A stretch of DNA of 64,000 nucleotides from Camelus ferus (taxonomy: Eukaryota), in NCBI RefSeq assembly GCF_009834535.1, contig NC_045705.1, positions 28,026,001-28,090,000 on the forward strand, read 5' to 3'. Of the stretch, positions 50,342-61,290 are shown piece by piece. Made by a program: the position numbers and the translations under genes. The notes under the pieces were generated by a model. The model was not told the DNA's origin. It made no database searches and was given only the letters and a program-made list of their open reading frames with translations. The first letter of the stretch is position 1. Every line of letters begins with the position of its first letter.

Positions 50342-53300
50342 TTTAGCTTTATGAAAAACACATTGCCTTTTTCTCTCATTTTCTTGTAGAAATGGTAAAA
50401 CCACAATGAACTGGACAGTATCTCGTTTGCCTTCACATATTTGTTGGTTGATTGTTGTGGCTTTTGATGGAGAGTTGGTAGAGGGGGGAGGGATTGGTTT
50501 GCAAGTATACAACATACATCTTTTGTCCCATTTAAAAAACAGTTGTATTCTGGCTAGGAAATCCCTTAGCGATCTCTAAACTTCTGAGCTATGGCTTTGA
50601 TTGCTTCAACTTAGCAAGTATCCTCTTGTATTTGACACTCCAGGTTGAAGATGATGACGTGGAAATCTATGTTTCTAGGCACATAAAAGAAGAGTTGTAC
50701 TAAGAGAAACCAGTGTTCCTGAAACCTTCAAAATAGTGAAGCATAATTTCTAGACTTTTTGTTGACTTGATTTTGTAGTCTGATTTGTGCTAGGTAAGGT
50801 TTGAACACACACAAAAAAGAAGAGCAGAAGCTAGTAATGATTATTTATGTAGTATCTGCTCACTTCACAACACAGAAAGCCAGATTTTCATTTACTGTCC
50901 TTTCAGTGCAATAGCATGGGGTGGGGGGGTTGGGACAGGAGAGGAATTATCCTACACACAGAATGATGTGTGCCATTCTGATCTGTCCTTATGCCAGGCC
51001 CACATGCACTGGGAATAAATGAAGATGACAATATTGGTCTTCAGTTCCTCAAATGTGGTTCTGCCCTAAAGAGATGAATTCTGAGTTCTCATTTGATATT
51101 ATTGCATCAAAATATAATAGAACTGAATTTTATATAGAGCGAACATCAAAGCCAATACCAATCAAATGGTACCGATTCCATGTGAAAGGGATTTATTGTG
51201 ATAATAATACCTTACGAGAATGAAATGAGTTTAAGTAGTACTATAATTTCTGAAGTTTATTGACACCAAAAATTACCTGAGATTTTGGTGGTCCTGAATT
51301 CTACAACTTTATAGTTTACCAGTATCAAAGCAAATGAGCAAAGCTTTTCATTTAATATGTTGGAAACTAATTTAATCTTAAAAATTTGAAGGACTCACTA
51401 CTTCGTGGCATTCTAATGTTTTTAGATTAGCATACTTATGTCAAACATGATGCAAAACATCTAAATATGGACAGAATTCAAATTCCCTTGTGGAAACATA
51501 ATTCTTCTATTAAGGTTTATATGGAAACACCTATAAATGGAACACTGTGTTTAGCATGAGCACAAGCATTAGATAAAAAGTTTTAACATGATAAACATCA
51601 TATTACAACTTTGTCCACTCCCCTTTACGTGTGCCACTGAAAAGCAAGCAAAGTGGGAACAAACAATAATCCTAAAAGGATATAAGGCCAGCTTGTCTTC
51701 CTTGTTCCAAAGTTTCTAGACAAACTGTTGTGTGCATTTATTGAAGGCCATCCATGTCCATTTACTCTTCTGGGTGCTGCTGAAACTACAATGAACAAGG
51801 CAGACAAAAATTCTTGCATCAATTGACCTTAAACTTGCACAGGGGCTGGGACCAGGGGTGGGAAGCAAAGAAGGGAGGCGGGTAATAAACAAACAGAATG
51901 ATAACATAGTGTGAGTGCTCTATGCTGTGCAGAAAATGAAGCAAGGTAAGTAGGATGGGGAATCTGTATGTCAGGGTTATGGTGGGAGGCTTGGGATGTT
52001 AAATAAGGTACTCATGGCAGGCCTAGAGAGAGGCGGCAATGGAACAGTCTTGAGCAAGCCTTTCTGCCAAGGGAAGAGTATTTCAGGCAGAGCAAATGGA
52101 GGGGCGAAAGAGCCCAAGGAGAGCATACCTGGTATGTTCCAAGAATAGCTCAGTGTACATACATATGGAAGTACATCCTAGGAGAACCATTTCTGGCAAA
52201 TTCCAGAGACCTTGCTTTAAATGAGTTATAGACTTGCTAGTATTAAATCACCTTTACATTCTTGGTCTCATCTCATTATCTTCATTCACTGCTGAATTCA
52301 GTTTGCTGGTATTTTATTCGGAATTTCTGCGTTTATATTTAAGAAATGGGCTTGCAATCTTTCTTTCTCATACTTGTCTGGTTTTCATATCAAGGTTATA
52401 CCTTCAGAAGAGAGAAGCAAGATGGCGGAATAGGACGCTCATAGCTCACCCTCTCCCACAAATACACCAAAACTCACATCTACGGACCTACTCAGCCAAC
52501 CAGAGCACCTGCCGAACTCTGACAGAACATTGCCCTCTTCGAAAGACAAAGACGCCAAAAATCTGGTAGGAGAAAAGGAAAAAAGAAAGAAGAAAAAGCA
52601 AAACAGTGTGGGACCGATCCCGCAGGGAGGGAGCAGCAAAAGAGGACTGACACTTGTTCACTAGGTCTCCCTGCATCCAACAGAGAGGCCAGCGGGATGG
52701 AGGGGGAGCCTCCGAGGCTCGGATCTGCCCCGAGCACCCCTTGACTGACAGAACTGAGTTAAACGGGCACAAAGGGTCCCCGTGTCACCCAGCCTGAGAC
52801 GCGAGCCGGCAGCTGGGGCCAGGACGGGCCACCCAAGCCGGGCGGAGGACGGGGGCGGCTGCACTGAGGTAGCCCCAGGGGACTGCAGGGTGCTGCGCGC
52901 CGTGGCTGGGAGGGGATACGGAGCAGAACAACCTCAGGTCCCCCATAAGCTGCAAAAAAAGCAAAGCAACACGGCTGCTGTGCCCTGGGGGGAGGGGTGC
53001 CATAGCCTTTGTTTCCTCAGACCTGCGCTGCCATTACTGGTGCTTCTCACGAGAAGAGATGTGGGGCACAGCCACAGCCGCCGTCTCCTCCTGTGCACAG
53101 CGCCCAGGCAGGGGCGGGGTCAGGGCCAAGCCCTGAATCTGCACCCGGGGGCTCCGCAACCTCCTGGGCAGGACTGAGATTTGTTTACAGCCTGAGGTAG
53201 ATAGGATCTTTCTACCCTGGCATCTCAGAGAACTTGCGCCGCCAAGACAAACAAGGAGCTGAGATTTGGCACAGGGCAGAGGTGGGGCCATTCCACGGTC

Positions 53301-53754
53301 TTCCGAAAGCCCGCCTTTGGGGCGCCGACCCGAGGCAGAGCGGGCAGCTGCACAGAGCATCGGAGAGACCGGCACCAGGAGAGGGCGGGCGGCCACCCCC
53401 TTTCCTGGCAGGAACTCAGCACCTGATCATGGTGCTGGGGGGGGATGCGATCCACCCACCTGCCTCCCTCCAAGTGCAGCACCTGACTGTGGCATCAGGA
53501 GAGGGAGTGACCCACCCGCCCACAGGGTAAGAGCTCAGCTCCTGACCCAGTGTTAGGATGGGGCGCGATCTGCTAGCTGACAGCCACTGGGAGCAGCACA
53601 GACGAGGGCGCCAACAGAGGGCCTCTGGAAACAGCAAGCTGAGTTCACGAAACAGGGCGAAGACACAAAGACCTCTCCATAAAATCATTAAGAGCACACC
53701 GTCTCCAGGAGAACTAGATAACTGATACTCCTTAAGCCACAGTGCCAGAGAGAT

Positions 53755-54726
53755 ATGAGCAATATGAAGAAGCAGAGGAACCACTCCCAATTAAAAGATC
53801 AAGAGAAATCCCCTGAAAGCACGATCAAGGAAATAGACATTGATGTCCTACTAGATCAAGATATCAAAGAAGGAGTGATCAAAGTACTGAAAGAACTAAA
53901 AGAAATAGTGTTTAGAGATACAAAATATGTCAAAAATGAAATAGAAGCTATAAAGAAGAACCAAGTAGAATTAGTAAACTCATTTGCTGAGATGAGAGCT
54001 GACCTAAAGGCTGTACAAAGCAGGCTAGATAATGCAGAGGAACGAATAAGTGACCTAGAAGACAGGACAACAGAAAGCACCCAATCAGAACAGCTGAGAG
54101 AAAAACAAATAAAATACAACAAACAATATAAGGGACCTATGGGATAATATAAAACATGCCAGTCTACACATAATAGGGGTTCCAGAAGGGGAAGAAAGAA
54201 CAAAGGGGATTGAAAACGTATTTGAAGAAATCATGACTGAAAACTTCCCAAACTTAAAGAAGGAATCAGATATCCAAGTACAGGAGGCTCAGAGGGTCCC
54301 AAACAGGAAGAACCCAAACAGACCTACACCAAGACATATCATAATCAAGATGGTCAGAGTCAAGGATAAAGAAATGATCCTAAAGATAGCAAGAGAAAAG
54401 CAAAGAGTGAGTTACAAGGGAACCCCCATAGGCTCTCAGCTGATTTCTCTACACAAACACTACAGGCCAGAAGGGAGTGGCAAGATATATTCAAAGTCCT
54501 GAATGAAAAAAATATGCAGCCTAGGATACTCTATCCAGCAAGGCTGTCCTTTAGAATAGAAGGAGAGATAAAGAACTTCACAGACAAGCAAAAACTAAAA
54601 GAGTTTAGCAACACTAAGCCCATGCTAAAACAAATATTGACAGGTCTACTCAAAAAAGAAGCAGGATGCTACAAAAATGAGAAACTCATAACTGGAAAGG
54701 AGATAACTACTATGAATTTCAAATAG
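53755..54726 (+). pseudogene. L1 ORF1p (coiled coil, RRM, CTD), broken by two frameshifts
   Basis: ORFs 53755..54147, 54233..54502 and 54514..54726 give RLDNAEERISDLED, ENFPNL..IQVQEAQRVP..TPRHIIIK and QPRILYPARLSF; shifts near 54120 and 54430. Confidence 0.92.
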
Positions 54727-54793
54727 AATAAACACAAAATTGTAAAAGAAGACATCTAAATCATTAATAAGAGTGGGAGAGGGAAGCAAGGAA

Positions 54794-55170
54794 AGCCACT
54801 GTGGAAAACAGTATGGAGATTCCTCAAAAGACTAGGAATAGACTTACCATAGGACCCAGGAATCCCACTCCTGGGCATATATCCAGAAGGAACCCTACTT
54901 CAAAATGACACCTGCATCCCAATGTTCATAGCAGCACTATTTACAATAGCCAAGACATGGAAGCAGCCTAGATGTCCAACAACAGATGACTGAAAAAAAG
55001 AAGATGTGGTATACTTATACAATGGAATACTATTCAGCCACAAAAACTGACAACATGATGCCATTTGCAGCAACATGGATGTTACTGGAGAATGTCATTC
55101 TAAGTGAAGTAAGCCAGAAAGACAGAAAAATACCATATGAGATCGCTTATATGAGGAATCTAAAAAACAA
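54794..55170 (+). pseudogene. L1 ORF2p C-terminal remnant
   Basis: Translates PLWKTVWRFLKRL..PMFIAALFTIAKTWKQPRCP..MWYTYTMEYYSA..FAATWMLLENVILSEVSQ with in-frame stops. Confidence 0.9.
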
Positions 55171-56289
55171 ACAAACACAACATAAATACAGAACAGAAAC
55201 AGACTCATAGACATAGAATACAAACTTGTGGTTGCCAAGGGGGTGGGGGAGTGGGAAGGGACAGACTGGGATTTTAAAATGCAGAATAGATAAACAAGAT
55301 TATACTGAATAGCACAGGGAAATATATACAAGGTCTTGTGGTAGCTCATAGCAAAAAAAATGGACAATACATACATGTTTATGTATGACTGAAAAATTGT
55401 GCTCTACGCTAGAATTTGACACAACATTGTAAAATAACGATTACTCAATAAAAAAATGTAAAAAAAAAAAAAAAAAAAAAGGTTATACCGTCATTAAATG
55501 AGCTGGAAAGTGCTGCCTATTTTACTGTGCCCAAGAAGAATCTGCAAAAGTTTGGGACAGACTTTTCCTTGAAAGTTCGTGAAACAGTCTAACCTTAGTA
55601 TTTATTTGTGACAAGATTTTTAACTACTGATTATGTTGCTTTAAAGGTAATAAGACTATTCAGGGTTTCTATTTTTCCTTAAGTCAATTTTGAAAAATGT
55701 TTCCTAAGCTTTTACGCATTTCCCCCCAATTATAAATTATGCCAATTTATTAGCATAAAGTAGCTTGAGGAACTTTTGTTTATTAAACCTCTCCTGGATA
55801 TGTACTTATATTTCCTTTTCCAGTACTTGTGTCTTTTTGCTTTCTGTTCTTTGACCATTTGCCAGAAATTTGTCTATTTTATTCATTTTTAAAGAACCAA
55901 CTTTTGGCTTTGTTGATCCACTCTGCCCTTTTCTTTTTATGTTCTCCTTTCTGGAGGTTTATTCTGTTATTTTTCTTATTTCATAAATTTGACATTTAAT
56001 TCATGTTCAATATTTTTTCTATTCTTACATAAACATCTAAGGCTGCAAGTTGAATTGTCTTTTACTGCATCCCACAATTTGTGTGTGTGTGCGTATATAC
56101 ACAAATGTATATATACACAAATGTATTCTTCAGTGCTAATATTAAAATTCACATTTTGGTTTCTATAACCTATGAATTGGTTAGAAATGTTTTTAAAAGC
56201 ACAAATTTAAGTTTCTGTAAATGTATTTCATTTCAAAATAACATGTCACCATTAATTAGACAATTTTACGTTATGTGCATTCTGACTTG

Positions 56290-56860
56290 ATGGACTAAAC
56301 ATCATCACTTAGGTGGTATTCCTAGCAAAAATGTATAAACTGAATGTAATCAGGAAGAAATATTTTTTAAAAAACTAAATTGAGGGGCATTCTGCAAAAT
56401 AACTAGCATATATTTGTCAAAAGTTTCAGATTAAAGAAGACTGAAGAAACATGAAGAGTAAATGCAAAATGCATGGTCTTGGATCCTGGTTGAGGAAAAA
56501 AAAATTTTTTTTGCTATGAAGGCCAATTTTTAGACAGTTCGTGAGATTTGAGTAAAGTCTAGATTAGATAATAGCATTTTATCAGTGCTAATTTCCTGAG
56601 TTTGATCATTGTACGGTGGTTATTTAAGAAAAAGTCCTTGTTTTTAAGGCGATATACACTGGGGTATTTAGATATAATGGGACACTATATATGCAAATTA
56701 ATCTCAAAAGGTTTAGAAAAACTTATGTATATAGAAAATGATAAAGCAAATGTGTTAAAATGTTAACATTTGGAAAATCTAGGTGAAAGGTATATGGAAA
56801 TTCTCTGTACTGTTTTACAAATTTCCTATAAATCTGAAGTTATTTCAAAATAAAGAGTTA
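56290..56860 (+). mobile_element. Old L1 3' end (L1MC/ME-like)
   Basis: aaattgaggggcattctgcaaaataact...tctgaagttatttcaaaataaa. Confidence 0.65.
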
Positions 56861-58149
56861 AACCTTTTGTTGTTCATTTCTGGAGGATACAGGGCCCAGC
56901 CAGCACGTTGATTTAGACTAGTATCCGATTTTGGACAGCTGGCCTCCCAAACTGTGAGAGAAAAGTCTTATTTTAAGCCATTGAATTTATGCTAATGTTA
57001 CAACAGCCATAGAAAACTAATACAAATATGAACTTTTTACTATGACCTATTCTTAGAAATGTTTTGAGACTAATTTTATGTTTAGGTATGGTCAATTGTT
57101 TAAATGGGCTTTATGTGCTTAAGGTTTATTTTCTAATTGTTATTTTTCAATGTATGTCCATTAAGTCGTTTGTTAATTGTGTCCAAATCTTCCATCTCTT
57201 TACTTTTTTCTACCTGACCTATCAATAATCGAGAGAAGTGTTTAGAATTCTCTAACTGTAATGATGGATTTGTCAAATTTCCCTATTTTATTAATTTTTG
57301 CTTTATACATTTTGAGGCTATCTTTTTAGGTGAATAGTTTAGAATTATGTCTTCCTGGTGAGCTGAACTTTCTTCTGTCACGTCCTGACGTCCTTATTGC
57401 TAATAGTTTTTGCCTTAAAGTCTGTTTTCTGTGGTATCAAATTAGCTAACTCTTTTATTTTGGTTAGTATTTAGTAGTATTTTTTTCAGTACTTTTCCTT
57501 CCTACATATATATGTCTTGTAAGTCAAATAAATCTGGATTGGTGCGGTTGTTTTTTAATTTATAGTTTCTGCTTTTCATAGGGAAGTTTATTCCATTTAC
57601 ATTTATTATGACTCCTAAAACATGGAGACTTCTTTCTATCATGCAGTTTTGTGCTATTTGTTTCTCTCTTTTATGCTTTTTCCCCCCTCCTCTTTTTTTT
57701 TAATTGAAGTATAGTCAGTTTACAATGTTGTGTCAATTTCTGGTGTACAGCATGTTTCAGTCATACACAAAGACACATATATTCACTCCTTTTATTATGG
57801 GTTACTACAAGATATTGATATAGTTCCCTGTGCTATACAGTATAAACTTATTATCTATTTTATATACAGTAGTTAGTGTCTGCAAATCTCAAACTCCCAA
57901 TTTATCTCTGCCCATCCCCTTCCCTCCCTGGTAGCCATAAGTTTGTTTTCTATGTCTGAGTCTTGTTTCTGTTTTATAAATAAGTTCATTTGTCTTTTTT
58001 TAAAATTCCACATATGAGTGATATCATATGGTATTTTTCTTGCTCTTTCTGGCTTACTTCACATAGAATGACGATCTCCAGGTCCATCCATGTTGCAGCA
58101 AATGGCAGTGTTTTATTCTTTTTTATGGCTTAGTAGTATTCCATTGTTT

Positions 58150-58244
58150 GTGTATACATATATGTATTTGTATGTGTGTGTATATATATACACATATACA
58201 TACACATACATACATACATACATACATACATACATACATACATA
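58150..58244. repeat. (TA)/(TACA)n expansion inside L1
   Basis: Direct read. Confidence 0.85.
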
Positions 58245-58473
58245 GACATAGCACAACCTCTTTAACCAGTCATCTGTCACTGGACATTTAGGTTGTTCCC
58301 ATGTCTTGGCTACTATAAATAGTGCTGCTATGAACATTGGGGTACACCTATCTTTTCAAATTAGAGTTCCCTCCAGATCTATGCCCAGGAATGGGATTGC
58401 TCGGTCATACTGTAAGTCTATTTTTAGTTTTTTGAGGAATCTCCATAACTGTTTTCCATAATGGCTGCACCAA

Positions 58474-58632
58474 GGAGGGGGAGGGTAGCTCAGTAGTAGA
58501 GCACATGCTTAGCATGCATGAGGTTATGGGCTCAATCCCCAGTACCTCCATTAAAATAAGTAAATAAATAAAAACCTAATTACCTCCCCCTCAAAATTAT
58601 AAAATAATGAAAAAAAATTTTTTAATTAAGTG
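58474..58632 (+). mobile_element. tRNA-Ala-derived SINE (Vic-1 type) inserted in an antisense L1
   Basis: 17-bp TSD cataatgg(c/t)tgcaccaa at 58457-58473 and 58633-58649. Confidence 0.9.
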
Positions 58633-60401
58633 CATAATGGTTGCACCAAACTACATTCCCACCAACAGTGTAGGAGGGTTCCCTTTTCTCCACACCCTGT
58701 CCAGCATTTATCATTTGTGGACTTTTTAATGATGGCCATTCTGACTGTCGTGAGGTGATGATACCTGATTGTAGTTTTGATTTGTTTCTCTAATAATTAG
58801 CGATATTGAGCATTTCTTCATGTGCCTATTGGCCATTTGTATGTCTTCACTGGAGAATTGTTTGTTTAGGTCTTCTGCCCATTTTTGGATTGGCTTATTT
58901 CTTTTTTTGTTGTTAAGTTGTATGAGCTGTTTGTATATTCTGGAGATTAAGCCCTTGTCAGTTGCATCGTTTGTAAATATTTTTTCCCATTCCTTAGGTT
59001 GTCTTTTTGTGTTGTTTGCGTTTCCTTTGCTGTGCAAAAGAACATTATTATTCTGATCAACCCTTTCCTAACTTACATGTTTTTGTAAACCAGTATTTTA
59101 ACTTCTGTGTTTTTAACTCCATAAATCAGATGTTTTCATTATTTTATACAAACATGTTGTCATAAAATAAATTACCACATTTATCATTTTGCACATCTCT
59201 CATGCATCTCAGACTTCCCTTATGGTGCATGTCATAGTTTAATTGGCACTATCTTTTCCCCTTTGTTGGTGCTATATTTAAAGTAATGGTGTGATTTAGA
59301 ATTGATGGCATTTTAATGAAATACCTGATCTTCTGGATTCTGTTGTTAGTGTTCAGAAAGAAGTCAGTGTCAGTATGGCATTCTTTCATAAGTGATATAT
59401 CTCTGGGCAATTTTAAGACACCCTTTGATTTAGTGTTCTTCAGTATTATGACAATATATCTAAGTGTGGAATTTTAAAATTTATCCTTCTTGGTTTGTAT
59501 TATTCTTCCTGTATCTAAGAAATCATGTCTTTTGTCATTTCTGAAAAATCCTCAGTCTCCATCTGAGTCTCTTGTTATGTGTCATAGCTTTATTCTGTCT
59601 CTTAACCTCTCTCCCATTTTCCATCCTTGTCTCCCTGAGCTACATGCTGCATAGTTTCTTCACATCTACATTCCAGGTCTCTTAATTCTTTCTTCATACA
59701 TTTTATCTGCTGTGAAAACTATTCACTGCTATTTTAATTTCAGTTATAATTTTCACTTTTCAAAGTTCTTTTTAGCTCTTGTCTAAATCTGCCTGGTCAT
59801 TCATAGTTTCTTAGTGCTTATTCATTTTTAAAATTCAGTTTTAAAACTTAACAATAAAGTATTTCATGCATTGGTATTTTACATTCCATATCTGGTGATT
59901 TTTCTATCTGAAATTCTTAGGAGTCTAAATCTATTGTTTATATTTCTGCTCTTACTTGGTGGTTTATTGTCTTCTGTGTTTGATATTTTTATTTTGAAGT
60001 CCTATTTGGTTGATTTTTAATTTGGAGAAGGATGCTGGGGGCTAAATTGAGATGTTCTGCAGAGAGAACCGTTTTGTTTCTGCCGGCAGCCTGGGCTCTC
60101 TACCAACATGACACCAGTCTCACCCACTTTGAAGTATCTGACGATGCAGGAATCTCAGACCTAATTCTCTCACCTTGTAGTGATTCGCCATTCCTAAGGC
60201 TGATTTGGACATTTCCATGACTGATTTCTTATTTTCTTACTGCTCCTTGTTTCTAGCTCTGATTTCCATTTCTTATACTTTTTTCCCTTTTGGTTTGTTT
60301 TGTTTTCTGCCTTTGGAGATACCACATTTATTTCCTGTGAGCCCAGCCTTGCATTAAAATGTAGAGTGGTTACAAATTCATTTTACAAGAGTTTGCATGA
60401 T

Positions 60402-60439
<38 letters not shown>

Positions 60440-60441
60440 CA
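60402..60441. repeat. (TG)13(CG)3(TG)3CA compound microsatellite
   Basis: Direct read; 40 nt of uninterrupted purine-pyrimidine alternation. Confidence 0.95.
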
Positions 60442-61063
60442 TTTCTTCCAAGTGGGGATTCAGTATGATATAAGCTAATAGATATACGACAGAACACAGG
60501 AAAAATTCATTTTCTGCAGATAACCAAGGAGCCCTACAGACAACTTCTACCTAACATTCATAGGGACTTTGTGGCCACTCTGTATGTTTGTTCTAACTTA
60601 GCCAAAATCCAGTTGTATTAGTTAGCCAAACTGCCAGGAGACTTCAATGAGTTTTCCATTTTTCTTCCCCTCTCTGTGCTTCAGTTTGGACATTTTCTAT
60701 TGACTGTCACCTTTTAAAATTAATAGACAATCTTTTAGGGCAGTTTTATGTTTACAGAAAAAATTTGGAGAAAGTACAGAGAATTCCCATATTCCATGCC
60801 TTTGTCTCACCTGCCTGGTCTTCTCTATTATTAACATCCTGCATTAGTGTGGTTCATTTGTTACAACTGATGAACCACTATTGTCACATTACTATTAACT
60901 AAAGTTCACAGTTTACATTAGGGTTCACGCTTTCTTTGGGCACTTCAACAAATGCATGTCACGTAACCATCATTACAGTATCATACAGAATAGTTTCACT
61001 GCCCTAAAAATCCCCTGTGGGCCACCTGTTCATCCCCTACTTCCCTACTTCCAAACCCCTGGA

Positions 61064-61290
61064 AGGATTTACTGTACAGCACAGGGAACTATATTCAATA
61101 TCTTACAAAAAATCTATAATGGAAAAGAATCTGAAAAAGAATACATATATGTATATAAGTATTACATATGTATATAAAATATATATAACTGAATCACTTA
61201 GCTGTACACCTGAAACTAATGCAACATTGTAAATCAACTATACTTCAATTTTAAAAATTGAAATAAAAATTAAAGAATAAAGTAAAAACA
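61064..61290 (+). mobile_element. L1 3' end
   Basis: tactgtacagcacagggaactatattcaatatc...cattgtaaatcaactatacttcaa plus A-rich tail. Confidence 0.8.

Larger units (their letters stand above)
48969..50365 (+). other. HSD17B12: HSD17B12 3'UTR (end approximate)
   Basis: Follows the stop codon; AT-rich; ends near AATAAA at 50336 with a downstream T-rich tract. Confidence 0.6.
52407..55478 (+). mobile_element. L1 with 5'UTR, ORF1, ORF2 C-terminal remnant, 3'UTR and poly(A); large internal deletion
   Basis: 15-bp TSD aaggttatacc(t/g)tca at 52392-52406 and 55479-55493; YY1 motif CAAGATGGCGG at 52418-52428; CpG-rich 5'UTR; AATAAA plus A-tail. Confidence 0.95.
57690..59040 (-). mobile_element. 5'-truncated L1 (ORF2 end plus 3'UTR)
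   Basis: Minus-strand ORFs 58113..58337 (MFIAALFIVAKTWEQPKCP) and 58726..59037 ([22 protein letters not shown]). Confidence 0.92.

Noticed and set aside
52439..53790. Dense cluster of ORFs on both strands
   Set aside because: Expected from the GC-rich, stop-poor L1 5'UTR; no recognisable protein
60710..61290. Opposed L1 pieces as a twin-priming inversion
   Set aside because: Both pieces are 3' ends of apparently different-age families and I found no shared TSD
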